Positions 13,955 through 28,600 of a stretch of 64,000 nt of DNA are shown piece after piece; position 1 is the stretch's first letter; each line of letters starts with the position of its first letter. The position numbers were made by a program, and so were the translations under genes. The stretch is taken from positions 2,871,454 to 2,935,453 of the forward strand of contig NW_002060946.1 in NCBI RefSeq assembly GCF_000150275.1. The letters run 5' to 3'. The stretch is from Trichoplax adhaerens. Its lineage: Eukaryota; Animalia; Placozoa. The notes beneath the pieces were generated by a model. The model searched no databases. It was given only the letters and a program-made list of their open reading frames with translations, and was not told the origin of the DNA.

Positions 13955-16900
13955 ATGGACCGCTCAACAATATTCCTATTATTTTTCGCTTGTACCATCG
14001 TTAATGCTGCTAGTCTTAAAAATAATTACGCTCATTTTTTGTCCATGGATGAAGAAGAGAATTATTTAATGTACTGGACAACCAATGATATTGAACAAAC
14101 GATGGACTTTGCTATATCAGTCAAGACTAGTGGATGGGTTGGCTTTGGATTTTCACCGTATACAGGTAGAATGCCTGGATCGGATACAATCATCGGTTGG
14201 GTTGCTAATGGAAAAGCTTATCTACAGGTAAATTAAATCACTAGTATAGGTGTAAAGTTCACAACATGAATATAATCAAGTACAAATCTGAACATTTTTG
14301 CAGTAAAACTTAAATTTTTTACACTTTTTAAACTTTACAATTATTTATTGACTCATCAATAAATAACAGTATTTTACATATCAAATTATTACTCTGATAA
14401 TAATAAAGCTGTTTGATCTAATGGAAAACAAACTTTATCACATAATTTTTCAATGAATCACTTTCTCCGCTTTGTTAATTGATGTATAAAATTTTATTCA
14501 TCTTAGGATAGATTTGCGGAATCACATTCTACACCGACCTTAGATGCAAGCCAAGATTACACATTAATCAGTGGAGAAGAATCAAACGGAATAACAACTT
14601 TAAAATTTAAGAGAAAATACAATACTGCTGATAACAAGGATCTTCCTCTTGAGGTTAGAATGTCTTACTGTAATCAATATGTATATTTATTTTTAAACTA
14701 TAATTGTAGTTAATATAGAGATGTATATCTAGATTAGACAATATACCACAATAACTTTTAGCATATTCGAGGATACAGTATTATAGGTTTTAAATACTAA
14801 ATTTTTCTTTTCTTTTCTACTACTCAAATCCTAATATAGTCCGGAACTTCACGTTTAATTTGGTCTTATCATAGTTCAGATCCTGAATCTGGAAATAAGT
14901 TTACAAAACACGTAAAGCAAGGATCACGAAGTGTTAATCTATTCGATACCATTCCAGAAGTAGATAAACCACCCTTGCCAAATGACACTAAATCATTCGT
15001 TATTGCCAATAAGAATGTAGGTTATTAGCATTATTTTGAATTTGTTAATTTAATTACTACTGTCAACAATATTACTGTTAGTAGTATGACCATCGAATAT
15101 CTTTTATCTCCGTATTGGTTCTTTGCATAAAGTATTTCACCATTCTATTTCACTTTTAACAGGAACTCAATATAAATCCATGAGAATTCATTATTATTAT
15201 ATTGATTTCAAGTACATTTATACATCTTGCTTTCTTTTTACAGATACGTGTGCCAGCAAAAGATACAACTTACTGGTGCAGCTCTTTCAAGTTACCAGAA
15301 ATTACGGGAAGTGCCCATATCATTAAGGTTGTGTGCTGTGATGCTAGCTTTCAAATTTAAATCTATTTGTTATAAATATACAGTGAATGATAAGAAGTAT
15401 GGCTTAAGTAGATTAATCAATAATTTTATAACGGTATCACAAGTATAGTAGTCTGCAATATAATGTCCTAATTAATGTAATTGAACTTTGTTGCACTGGT
15501 TCGATGTGTATGAACCAAGAAATTACTATACGTGCATTTTTTTTCATTTCTTTTAATTATTTTATCCATTTATTAATTTGCAGATATCTCCATATATTCA
15601 GAAAAGAAATGAGGGTTTGGTACGTCACATATTAATTTATGATTGTGTCATTCATGATAGCCTTAAAGATAAAAGTCAAGACTGTGATTCTCAAAATGTG
15701 CCGTTAGCCTTACGCGGATGTCGAGGAGCAACGGCATTGGCTGCATGGGCTGTTGGTGGCAAGGTTTATCATTAATCGATACTAATTAGATTGATAATTT
15801 ATGTCCTTTAAGCTTAAAATTCTTATATACTTCTAACAGAACAAGTAAAGGAAATCTTATCCAAGTAAATAACGACTATTCAATGTTATTATAGTGAAAT
15901 TTTATCAAAATTATTTATAGGACATTACTCTTCCAGCTCATGTCGGGGTGCCAATCGGTGGTTCTTCCGGAGTAAGATATGTACTGATGGAAATACATTA
16001 TGATAATCCTAATAAGACGCCAGGTTATCGATATTTGCAATATCTACTAGTATAGCCAGGAAACAAACATTTATTCACTGATTAATAATCCATATTTTTG
16101 GTACTTAGGACTCCAAGATTCCTCCGGTTTGAAATTCTACTATACATTACAGAAACGCCCTTACGATGCTGCTGTTCTTGAAATAGGAAGACTTGTTTCA
16201 AGCCAGACCACGAGTATTATACCTGAACGACAAACAAAGTGGGAAGTGGCTGGCTATTGTTCCCAAAACTGCACAAATTTAGTAAGTGCTCAAGTTTGAT
16301 CATACTTTTCGGTCAAGTGATGAATACCCGGACTAAAATTGCCGTAATTATCATATTATAGCATTGTTACTATTATAAATCCTGAAATAGTCAGATATTT
16401 CTTTTAATCACCTAGATTTTATTAATGATTAATTATAGGGTAGATACTGTAATTGCATTGCATTATAATGAAGTTATTATTTCTAGAATTTACCAGCTGG
16501 TGGAATTAATGTGTTCTCTGGAATGATGCATACTCATCTAGCTGGTAGGTCTACTTAAATTACTTCATTAAGCTTCATCAAATTATCTTTGATGAGAAGA
16601 TATAAATCTTTTAACAAAATGTCGCACCAGATACTTATCACGTATAAGAATTGCATCATACTAATTATTTTGCAAATTTAGTTGTAAGTGCCATTGACTA
16701 AGAATATTTAATCATCGAGTTTCATTACTGTGACATACACCTTGTAATCCTCTAATATTTTAATAAGAACAAGCTTATTAAATAGTATTTAATTTAAATT
16801 TTTCTTTTAACTATTTAACTTATAATACTCTAAAATACTATCGGCAGCAACCTATTCGATCAATTTGCGAAACAAACCTGATTATTATAAGTACTATAGG

Positions 16901-19381
16901 TAGATCGATTATAGTGAAACAATTTCGTAATGGCAGTGAACTGGCCCCCTTAATATCAAATCCACATTATGATTTCAATTTTCAAGAATTTGTATATCTG
17001 AAGAAAGCAAAGAAAATCCTACCAGTAAGTAAATCTAATTTAGTTCGCTATACGTCTACTATCTATACAATTCTTACAAATCGAAATTTGTAATTAATTG
17101 TAGTGCTTGGGATTTACAACCCCTTAGCTTCGCAATCGTCTAACTCAAAATCTGAGTTATTAAAATTGAGCAAATCTCTAACGTGACTCAAAAGATTATA
17201 AGCATAGTAGATTATTATTTTCCTGAATGCTTGCGTACTTCAATTACTACTGTAATTAGCTAAAACTACTATACTAGTAAAAGTTAAAACTATTACAAAA
17301 ATTACACTATGAGTCTACTGTCAGGTTTTTCTTTCCTGACATCTACCCTACAGTACGACCCAAGATACGGACGATCTCCTATCGTAAGGAGGAACAGGAA
17401 CATAACGCTAGTCCTCTCAGACTTAAGTGAACCCAAATTTTATTGAAAAATCATTCAATTTATAGTAAATCAACATAAGCATTAATTATCAATTTATAGA
17501 TAATATTATAAAACTATGCAGTTATCTATTAAAAGTATGTATATCTTCATAGGCAACGGTATGTTATCTGACGAAAATAAGATAGGTATTTTGTAGGAAA
17601 AGTCACTTCGTTACAACAATATATCGTACGGTTTTAACAAAACTAATTATTCCCGTAAAACGGATTCCTCTATGCTAGTGCAGTTACTTATCTACTAATC
17701 GGCTAAGCTAATGCTTTATCGAAGCCACTTTGATTTCTAGCAGTAAGGTAATCGCACGATATTATCATATGCATCGGTAGTTTACGATTCATTTACTAAT
17801 ATAGAATGGCTAGCATGAAATTTTATAGATAAAAATATAGGATTCAGCACTTTACGGTACCTTTATAAATGGAAAAGGTGATATTACCAATATAGTAAAT
17901 AGCTATTCCCTGAATGTAGCTAAATTGCATAAAGTAGAAGCAATAAGCTTCATTAACTAATCAATATTTCTTAAGGATTGTTATTAATTGATTTTTGAGC
18001 CAATATTGCCGTGATATCAATTTTAATGTCAATTTTATCTAAGTTACTGTAATTATATTTGTGCTCTATTTCCTTTAGGGTGATCAATTAACTGTTGTTT
18101 GCACTTATAACACAGAAAATAGAGCAAATTATACTGTGGTAATTATAATCAGTAACTTTAAAGAAAGTTATAATCCTAAATATTCTGTATTTTATATAAT
18201 ACGATATTATGCCGCGGATTACCTGTACGGTATTTAAATAAATACCGGTAGATTATACCGGTACTTATTTAATCAAAAAATAATTCTGTTAAGACTGAAG
18301 AATTACAATAACTGTTTCTAGGGTGGTTTAGCAGCTAATGATGAAATGTGCCTAGCTTATTTGTATTATTATCCTAAACAAGATATAGCAGTTTGTCTTT
18401 CTTATCAACCTGAACATATCTATCAGAAATTTTTAGAAAGGCTGAACTCGTAAGTAGTATCAAATAATATTTACGCTAGTCCACAAAACACAGTAACATG
18501 TTGAAAGCTAATAAGTGTCCAATGATATTGCTTATCTAATTTAATGTAATTTTTAAAAATTTGCCAATTCTTATTAAATGTGATTTTGTTCAGAGCTAAT
18601 CAGACTCCAAAGACATTAGGAAGTAATTTTACAAAGGAACTTATAACACTGGAGAATACTGTCATACCTCTACAGTACTGTGCAGGTAGAAGTCATAGGT
18701 TATTGCAAGCGGTTAGTATCTTCCTTGTTTTAGATAAGATTTTAAGGAACCATGTTATCTGTATCATATGTAACTTATGATTCTTAATTATTCTGAAACC
18801 TTATGAACATTATAATAGATAGGCTTAATATTTTCTATATTCCCTGATTATAGCTGTTATTATCGATAAATATCTTGCATTAAAATTAAACTGATTTCTT
18901 CAGAGTCTGATTAATGCAGTAGTTTATAATAATTTCAAAGATATTAGCATTCTAAGGAGATTGAAGACCACAATATTTAATAGCTAAAAATAGGAAACTT
19001 ACCGCACCTAAATTTTATTATTTGACTATTGCTGATTTTGGCATAGCTTGTAATACTATATGATTATGTTGCAAATGCATTACGATAGCACATTGCAGTA
19101 GTTTGTAATTAAATTATAACTAGTAGTTACAATATAAGAAAAGATCTAATCATCCTCAATATTTTACATAATAAATGGCATTACATTTCGGCATATTAAT
19201 CTAACCATTGAAATAAATATTTGCTTTGTCTCCTTTGTAGGCTTTTCACATGGAAATACCTGACCTGATAAGAGTTAAGACTAATATTAATGAAATCAGT
19301 GGAACAACGGCCATCTCGTATTCTAGTTGTTTAAGTGTAGGCTTAGTATTTGTAGCTTATTTGCTTATGCTATTTTACTGA
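13955..19381 (+). CDS. DBH-like monooxygenase (MOXD1-like) paralog A: signal peptide, DOMON, Cu2-monooxygenase N and C domains, C-terminal GPI-like tail; one CuH His replaced by Arg
   Basis: Exons 13955-14227, 14507-14653, 14840-15016, 15244-15327, 15584-15763, 15921-16023, 16109-16281, 16487-16544, 16900-17024, 18079-18138, 18322-18449, 18594-18711, 19241-19381, all in phase. Motifs GWVGFGFS, GRMPGSD, DTTYWC, LVRHILIY, AWAVGG, MEIHYDNP, DSSG, MHTHLAG, HYDFNFQ, PGDQL, DEMC. Confidence 0.92.
18234..18272. repeat. Inverted repeat, 17-bp arms with 5-nt loop, in intron 10 of paralog A
   Basis: TTAAATAAATACCGGTA-GATTA-TACCGGTACTTATTTAA, 16/17 complementary. Confidence 0.7.
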
Positions 19382-21360
19382 AAGTCGTAGCCTCAAACTT
19401 CAGATAAGAGTGATTTACTTAGCACCACGCTACAGTACTTGATAGTAATATCTGTTAAGTAAACATAAACAACAAAGCATCGAAGCCTAATTGATTGCAT
19501 TAATCTCAGCTCATAACAGTAGAAATGCGACATTAGTTGAAATGTGATTTGATAGTTTAGTAATAATATGAGGTGAAGCTCTATGTGAAGTAGAGTAGTC
19601 GACTGTACTTAATTTAGTAATTTTAGAATATGGTTGATATGATAAAATGGCGTACTTGTACTGTTAGAGTAATACGCGTATACCAATGTGATTCTAGATT
19701 TCTGTATCAAGTATTGCAAATGAGTATTTGGTTGTGTTTTGTGTTACCTGTATTGAATTATTCTAGCGTTAAAGTGAATTATCCGATTTATCGTTAGTTG
19801 TTAAACTGTTGCAATGAAAAGAAGGGAAATGGATTCTTCTTCGACAAATGTCCTTATATTAAATGTTGCTTTTAAGATTTATGCAGTGTTGAGCATTATA
19901 TGCCAATAAACCTATCTTCAGCGACTTACTCTGTTTTAAAACTCAAATTTTGTGATCGATTGTAAGCTTAATGGGTTTAAAGCTAATTTTGTTATATTGA
20001 TTTTATGTAAGACAGGCGATTTCATCATTTATAAGTTAGGAAGGAAATCCGGGCTATTAAATTGATTACTGCATTATGAAGTGCATTTTTATCTGATAGC
20101 TAAATCCAACTGTACGACAGAGGAGTTATAGGCTAATTAAACGCAGTACCGTTTACATTATATCCAATTAGTCCGCTTTACATATTGTCATTTAATCAAT
20201 TATTCTTCAGAAAGAAGTTACTAGTACGGTACTAAATAAACTTTGAATAAGACACGAAGAAACAGTTCTAATCTAATTAATTTTACAAATACAGACGTTA
20301 TCGAGTGCTTTAGTACAATCTATCGCACTAGTGAGCTTGCATTTTAATATCATAACTTAATAAATCGACAGTTCTTGTGACTTCATTGATCTGTGTAGAG
20401 ATATGAAAGGTTAAAATGCTGTGATGTTCGTTTAAATAGAAATATTGGTGACTTTGTTGAAAATGCTTTTTACTCAAACACAAGACTAGATTATCAGGTC
20501 TAGTTATATCTTCGATTATTGCTTTTGTTTTATCTCCTACTCAATTTTTTAATCAAGAATCTCTACTTTTCGTTACTGAGTGTACAACTACATTTTATGA
20601 AAGTGAAAATAGTAATAAATTTAGACTATTGCATAAGAAATCAAATTTTTACTAATATCCATATGTATAGCTCGGCTAGAAAACCTATTTTTACATTCTA
20701 GGATTTAATATAATTTTCATATTAATCTCGTAGTTTCTTTCACTTATGTAACGTATCCAAAGTAATGTATAATATGTCACAACTCGTTATCTTGATGTAT
20801 GGTATTTACCGTAGCTCTGTTAGGTATGCAACGAGAAATTTGAATCAATAAGATTACTTTTTAACTCATCCTCTTCGAGTTTTTACCTACATTACGACTT
20901 ATACTGACAATCTCCTACTGTTAGGAGGTCACAACAACTCAGTTTGTACCCGACTATTTAGTCGAAATTTTTCGTTAAAAGTTTAATAATAAAACTTGCG
21001 CTAGCAGAAATTTTTGGAAACATTGATCTTTATAAGGTTTTGCGATATCGATAGCTATAAAACAAATCCTGCAATCAAGAGGGAAGGCAATACATTAAAC
21101 CATAAGCCTAGAGTACTATTGCCTAAAGTGCAAACCAGCTAAGTCGTTAGTGTACATTTATAATCACTTTACAATGTTCATTACCGAATTCTTTATATAT
21201 TAGTAATAATGCATACGTTTTACTAACTGGAACGTTATTAACCTGAAGGAGGTAAGAGGTGGGACTCTCTTGTAATCAATTCAAGTTTGCTATAAAGCAT
21301 AAACAAGGAGCATGCAATGGAAATGCAGATTTGTGCATTTAATTATCTTAATGGAGGGCA

Positions 21361-21914
21361 TGTTCCGGCACTATTTATCTAAATAACAGTTTATAGATTT
21401 GTTATTGCTCAGTGTTTCAGTGTTACAGGATAGGAAATGCCATGATTCATTGTACTTACAAGTTTAGGAATTAATAGCCGATAGTACTTCAATATTTATG
21501 TTGCTATATTTAAAGAGGTAGGTTACTTGTAATGTGATACAGCTCCTGACCAATAAAGCCTTGTGATATAGCCTATAACTTAGCTATGATTATTAATCAT
21601 AAATAAATTTATCATTTTATCTCATTACGCCATTAAAACGTGTCTGATATTTCTAAAAAAAGTTCGTTTCTTTGTAGGTCAGTTAACTTCGTGAGGGAAT
21701 AGCGAGTAGAGAGTTCACCAAATAAAGATGCTTGGAAATTAAAGTACAATGTGTATATTAATTATGAGGTTATCAGAGGGTAGCTCTTAGGTTTTATATT
21801 AGTAGTGCTATTTTCTTACTAGATCTTACCATAAATTAAGCTAGCAATCTGTAGAAGTAGCTCTTAGTAACTGCTTTAAGTTAGACTAGTAAACTCGTCA
21901 GGAAGTAGTTCGTA
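21361..21914 (+). mobile_element. Older, diverged copy 3 of the TGT...ACA element
   Basis: Starts TGTTCCGGCACTAT; colinear with 3391-3983 along its length (e.g. TTGTAATGTGATACAGCT, TTCTTACTAGATCTT, GTCAGGAAGTAGTTCGT); the terminal ACA and TSD are not preserved. Confidence 0.72.
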
Positions 21915-22506
21915 CTAACATAGCCTAAATCATCATAGGTAGCACAGCTCACATAGTACCAAGCTAAACTATTCTAATTATAGGCCAATAAAAATAATGG
22001 GAAGTATAACTTTGCCTCTTTCTATAATAGAGCCTTAACAATGATGAATTTCCATTGTAAAAGTTAGAAGCCCAAACTCTACTCTGTAAAGTATCACCTA
22101 TTACATTGTATTGGTTCGCGAGCAATGATGAATTTTTATAGTAACAAGGAATGAGACAAGCAGCTACTTACGACGTATGTGTTCTAATAATATGAGCTAT
22201 TATAAAATTTCATTAACAAGGAGATATGAAATAAAGTCTCCAGCTGTAAATCGATGCTCTTAAAACAAAGTACTATAAACTTTTAGTGTAAAACTACTGT
22301 AATTAGCTGAAATCAGTACAAAACTATCGAAGAATTTTTGGGGCATAAGTGTAAAATCACCTCCTGTTGAATAATAACGGTGAAAAGCTATAATTAACCC
22401 CTACAATATCAAAAATTGAAATCAAGTCTACACTTATATGCATATTTGCAAATTAATCTAGATATAGTAAAGAATGTAAACTATAGAGAATTTCTTTATA
22501 GCAGGA
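21915..22506 (+). repeat. ~0.6-kb non-coding block, homologous to 33017-33583
   Basis: Colinear anchors shared by both copies: TAATTATAGGCCAATAAA, ATGAATTTTTATAGTA, AGATATGAAATAAA, AAGAATTTTT, TTGAAATCAAGTCT, AGATATAGTAA, ATGTAAACTAT.GAGAATTT. Confidence 0.8.
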
Positions 22507-24197
22507 TATATTACGAAATTTTTTATCCAGTTTCGTACTCGTAATATCAATTGAAAGAATTAACATATGGATTGTATTAAAGCCTAACAATACAGTAAAA
22601 GAGGCAGGCTACTGGTATAGACATAATAATTATGATAATAATGATGGACATTTACACACAATAGTACAGCTAGTTCATAAGAGGGTTTCGGCTATTTGAG
22701 AAGTACCTTGCAAAGGTTAGAAACCCTACATTTTATATATATATACACAGCATCACAGCAAATAGTTGTAACGTAGCGTACAAAAAGGAGGTGCGGTATA
22801 GAGAATACTGATCACGAGAAAACTTTTCACGTCAGTGATTAACGGTAAGTAGACGGACTCTTCCTTCTCTTGTAGAATTCGTTTAGATGTTATCGGCATC
22901 AATTTTGGCCGATATTTTAGATCTATTTACTTCATTTCAAGTTTATTTCTCCTCATTTTCTTCGGTTACCGGTTGTGAGTTAACTGCGGACGACAATGGC
23001 TTAATAACGATGATAAACTTTGTATTTAATCCACTTCAAATAATCTTTCTCTTTAAATGATAGTTATTCAAGGTTGTTGCTTGACCAATTACAGTATCGC
23101 TACTACTTATCTCATCTTCCTAGTATGTTTAAGATCTTAGAAAAAAAATATTCATTCTACTTTAATTTTCGAGGCAAATTTATATTCTTTTGCATGATTT
23201 TATGACGTTTGCCTGACTATGGGTTTTAGTAATAATAAAAGCAAGCAAATTTTTCATTGCTAAGCGCGTTTCGCACAACACTCAGAACTATACGTGTATT
23301 AATTAAATATGTTTAGTGGAGGCTAAAATTTTATGGAGACTTATAGAGTCATAACTAAAAAAACCGATGGTAAACGTTTCTAAATTGTCTATAATGATCT
23401 ACGTATATAATATATAAAATGCCATAGTGTATAATAGTCATTGTGGAATCTTCAGGCTTTAATACAGGATATCCCCTACTTGTGTTACTACACTACGATC
23501 TGATGGCAAATAGTAAAGCGTAAATTGCTCAATTTCAAAATATTTTACTGAAGAAGTGTTGTAGGACATAAAAATTAGATTACTCAATTTAATAGTTGAG
23601 AGAAAATACTATTGGCGTGATCAATGTCAAGATTCGGTGAATAACAGCCAATAGTAAAATCCGAAGCATTTAAATGTTTTCAGATTTCTAATATAGACTG
23701 CCACTTGTAGTCTAGCAGATGACCCTTACTTAATTCTATAAATATATCCTAAATACAAATACAGTAGAATCTCTTCATTAGCAGTTCGAACTACCGTTGA
23801 TTAATTCAAAATAATTATCCTACTATATAACAAAGACAAAGTTTTTCATGCGAAGGATTGATTCGTTTCGGTACATTTTACGAAGAGCGATTCCTTCAAC
23901 ATAAAGTAGATCAACATTTCTTGAAAGCATCTAAATTGTTTCCTACGAAGTTAAAACCAGATATAGCACATTGCGCATCTAATAACGATTTACCGGTAAA
24001 TTTTTACTTCAAGTAAAATTTTATGCAGTCACTTATTGAAATTCATGACGTAAATTAGTATAGAATCGCTTCCAAAATATAATAACGGGCCTCCTTTTAT
24101 CTCACCAATCACCTTTTTATAAGGTCAATTCGATCGATTCTATACATACTTCCAGTCTGCCTATAATTAATTATTGTCTTACGAGATAATTATCAAC

Positions 24198-24380
24198 ATT
24201 TCTATCCAAGTTACAAGAACAATACGTGTACAGGTGTATTCAACATTAATAATGAAATCTATAGGTTACTATTCAGTAAGCAAATACGTATTTCTACTCC
24301 AGTTACAAGAATAATACTTATGTGGGTGTATTGAAAATTAATAATGAAATCTACAGGGTTACTATTCAATAAACAAATAG
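24198..24380. repeat. Two-unit ~92-bp tandem duplication
   Basis: AGTTACAAGAA.AATAC...GGTGTATT.AA.ATTAATAATGAAATCTA.AGG.TTACTATTCA.TAA.CAAATA is present twice in tandem. Confidence 0.8.
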
Positions 24381-25643
24381 GTTAAGAATGACCATGTCGT
24401 ATGTCAATGGTGTCTCCTTCAATGATTAATTTATTCGCAATTTATAACGTGCTACTTGACCACAAAATAGTATTCAGGATTAGGCTCTCTCTTTTGTAAC
24501 GATTCATTATTAGTATGTAGAAAAATAGGATAGAGACTCCGATGATTAATAGTAAGATAGAAGCACCTATACGAACAGGACTAGGGGTGTTAAAATAGTA
24601 CCTCTAGGCATTATGATAGCCGAGTAATACCAGTAGGTCATTTAGAAACGATAGCTATAGCCGTAGGCGGGATTATAATGCACTTCGGTAGGATATAAGA
24701 CTATCTGATTGCTTCGTTTAATAATAATTAATGATTAAGTAATAAAGTGTTTTGTCCGCTGCGATTGAGAGGTAATTTATTGAGACTGCTTCAGTAGGCC
24801 TAGAAATAGCTCTACTTCAGAGTTGCTTCCGTATTAAAAAATATCGTACACCACCGTTGATCTTAGCAGCGTAGTTTTCGCGACTTGCGGCACTCTTTGT
24901 ACAGTCCAGAATGCTAATGAAGCTATAAGATAATAATTTTAACTTCATAATTGGTCAATAGATGAGTGTGTAAAAAACTTAGCCAAAGTGTCATACGTAC
25001 TATAACTTTGATTTATATATCAAGACGATTCTTTCACTTACTCTATAGATAATACATATTTACAGAATTTTACAAATATTTGCGCTTGTAGCGGTTTCGA
25101 TTGAAGCTATGACATTAAAACATACATTATCTAAATATTAACTCGTCGATAGAGATAATTTGAAGTGAGATGATTTTCTCGATATCTGACCGCCATGACT
25201 TTGAGTTACTATACTTTTGATAAACTCGGGTACTTTAGGTCATGAATACATATGCATTTACGGTAGCAACCTGTAAGTGATTTCAAAGGTAAAAGCAAAT
25301 TTCCCATCTTTTGAGTTTATGGCTACAGTAAATGGTAACAAGCAATCTATATAATCCTATAAATATCATATTTATCCTAGATGCTAGAACATCTATAGAA
25401 TTGAAATTAAGTTGAAATTTTATAAAACTAAACAATCCGATCGGTATTTTTATCAAATTTTGAAATAAATGTTCTTTCAAGTTTCTGTGAGCGTAATTTT
25501 TGTGTCTAATCAAGCGTAATCTAATAAATCTCATATACTTTTTGCGCTATGCACTGTTATATAATCCAATCTAATATATTCGAAAACTAATCTTATATTC
25601 ATTAACAATTATAATTTTATAGAATATTTCCGACGTAGACAAT

Positions 25644-28600
25644 ATGCGTTTGCTTATTGCACTCGTTCTAGCTATTACTTGCAGCATAGCTAAGGCTGCG
25701 ACACTTGAAAGTAGCTATGCTCATTTCGTATCCTTGGATGAAGATGGAAAATATTTCATGTATTGGACTACTAATGATATTACCAAAATGATTCATATTG
25801 CAATCTCAGTCAAGACTACCGGATGGGTAGGCTTTGGAATTTCTCCTTATACAGGTAGAATGCCCGGATCAGACACAGTCATCGGTTGGGTTAGCAGCAA
25901 CGGAACAGCTTATTTACAGGTATAGTACAAATAGTACCGGCAGTTACCCTAATGTTGCTGTTATACATCTGTACTAGTTTTAGTGTATTACAATATATTA
26001 AAATAAATAGTAATCATCGATTATAAATGTTCTCATTATCGTCTATTACAGTAATTTAGATCATACCCTGATGTAATTTAATACCAGTTAAAATATTGAA
26101 CTTTGTTATCATGCATATTTTACGCAATCAATAGACTATCCTATTTATTCAAAATTAACGTTAGGATCGATATGCTACCGGATATTCTACACCTGCATTG
26201 GACCAAAGTCAAGATTACAATTTAGTTAGTGGTGAAGAAACTAATGGAATGACCATCTTGAAGTTTACGAGAAAATATAATACTACTGACAGTAAAGACT
26301 TACCGCTGGAGGTAAAACGCTTACCTATAATGAAAAAATTTGTTAAAATATTAAATTACAACTACACATCTTTATTATGCTTATTCTACTTAATAGTCAT
26401 AACTAATCTACATGCTAGGCTACAATAATGACTAAAAATGAAGCTTATTAGCCAAATTAATGTTGAAATGTATTTGAAGGGAGGAACTACACGTTTAATC
26501 TGGTCTTATCATAGCTCTGATCCTGTATCACCAACTATAATCACAAAGCATCAAAAGCAAGGAACTCGCAGTGTTAATTTATTCCATACTATTCCAGAAG
26601 CTGACAAGCCTTCCATGCCCAACGACACTCAATCTTTTACTATTATTAATACAAATGTAAGAGTTAATTTATATTTCAGCCACAATCATTAACCAGCATC
26701 ACGTGAATTTGAAAGAGATTATTTTCTGTTATTTACATTACCATTGCTCTATCATGCCACTTACACTTATCAAATGCCATATAATAATAAAACTTAGATC
26801 ATTCCATAAAAGAGACCATTCATAGCAAAACATAGTCATTTTTGCTCCAAGCTGCTCTTTACATCTATTTGTTACAAGAACACTTACTTTCGTAGTTATA
26901 AAATATTGTAATAAAATGGTATTTCTGTCTTTGTGATACTAATTTATATAAAAACACTATCTAGACCTATCAATTGTTAAATAACCTCTTAGTTCATCGG
27001 GTTCTAGCCATGTCATATCTATTGATACTTTAATCCTCGTGCAGGTATCAATTCCGGCTAATAAGGACACAACATATTGGTGCAGCGCCTTTAGAGTGCC
27101 TGAAATCAATGGATCTGCTCACATCATCAAGGTTAGCTGATTTTCGAAAATTTCATGGTTTTATATCATCGACGATTTCATAGCGTATATGCAACAAATT
27201 TTACCAGTTTGAGTCGATATACTATTCTGATATCGTATTGGATAAAACGATTAGTAAAGAAATCCCGAACGTTTTCCGATAAGTACCTATAATACAACTA
27301 TAACTTGATCACTAATAACATATCTTACTAAAACCTAGTTCACTTTAACCATCGAGCGAGCTACGCATCGTATACCTTACTTTACGATATAAATTTCCTC
27401 TACCATATTTTAAGCTGCATTTCAGTTCTATTTATGGTGCTTTCTTCTTTTTGATTGTAGTAGGATAAATTACCATAATCTTCTAAATTACTTAAGATGA
27501 GACTCTGGTTTACATGCAATTTATATTAGTAGTACAAAGTTCTTCTTCGTAAATCATCGCCGGAATAAATTGTTATTGCATTCTAGCCAATTTAGAGTAT
27601 CAGCTAACTGCTTAAGAGTTCCACCATGGTACAAAGAAAATCAGAGTGCTAATCTAGGGAATTAGTAATCATACGGTTACTCTAAACTTTATTGAAGAAT
27701 TTATAAAGTCTTTGAATAGAATATTTCTGTAAAATATCATCTACCTATATATTTTGTCGCTATCAGTGAACCAAAGTAGATACTTTGATTAAATTTGAAA
27801 TAGAAATACTATGAAAGAAACCCAGTACCTACTTATACAGATATAAGAGATCTTCGATAGTCAGCCTTAGCTTATAGTAATAATTAATTGGAATGGCATG
27901 GCTAATATCAGTAATCGTACGCTGTAGCATTTGGACATTTATTTATACAATCCGTTTATCCAGTTACATTAGAAACTTTCTTCATGAAATTTACAAGGGT
28001 TTTACTAGTCTTTACCCTATAAATGTGACATTATAGTTTAGGTTATGTACTATTTGTGGGGAACTAAGTGTAAATAACATAGTCATCTTAATAATATTAA
28101 ATCATTTCTTGGAAATAATAGTTGGCACCTCATATTGAGAAAGGAAATGAAGGCTTAGTCCATCATATCCTGATCTATGAGTGTATCATGGATGAAAATC
28201 ATGTTGGTCAAAGTCACGACTGTGCATCAAGAAATATGCCCTTGGGCTTACGATACTGCCGAGGAGCAACAGCAATAACTGCATGGGCCGTTGGCGGCAA
28301 GGTTTGCTAAAATACTCATTCGCCTATTTAATTCGATTCTCTGCTATCTTAATAGCAGAGAATCGAAAAAATTGTTAATCGATATCGTTTTGACACAACG
28401 ACTATTGTCACATAGTAACAGAAAAATGATTGAATTTACGCAACATTTCCACTACAAATTCACTATACATAACGATATAGTAAAAATTCTTGATAATGTT
28501 GACTTTTATAGGAGATATTCTTTCCTGCTCATGTTGGTTTACCAATCGGAAAGGGTTCTGGAGTGAAATATTTACTGATGGAAGTTCATTATGATAATCC

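Noticed and set aside
22780-23120. Coding-looking minus-strand stretch with several stops (possible pseudogene fragment)
   Set aside because: No identifiable homology; cannot be distinguished from background.
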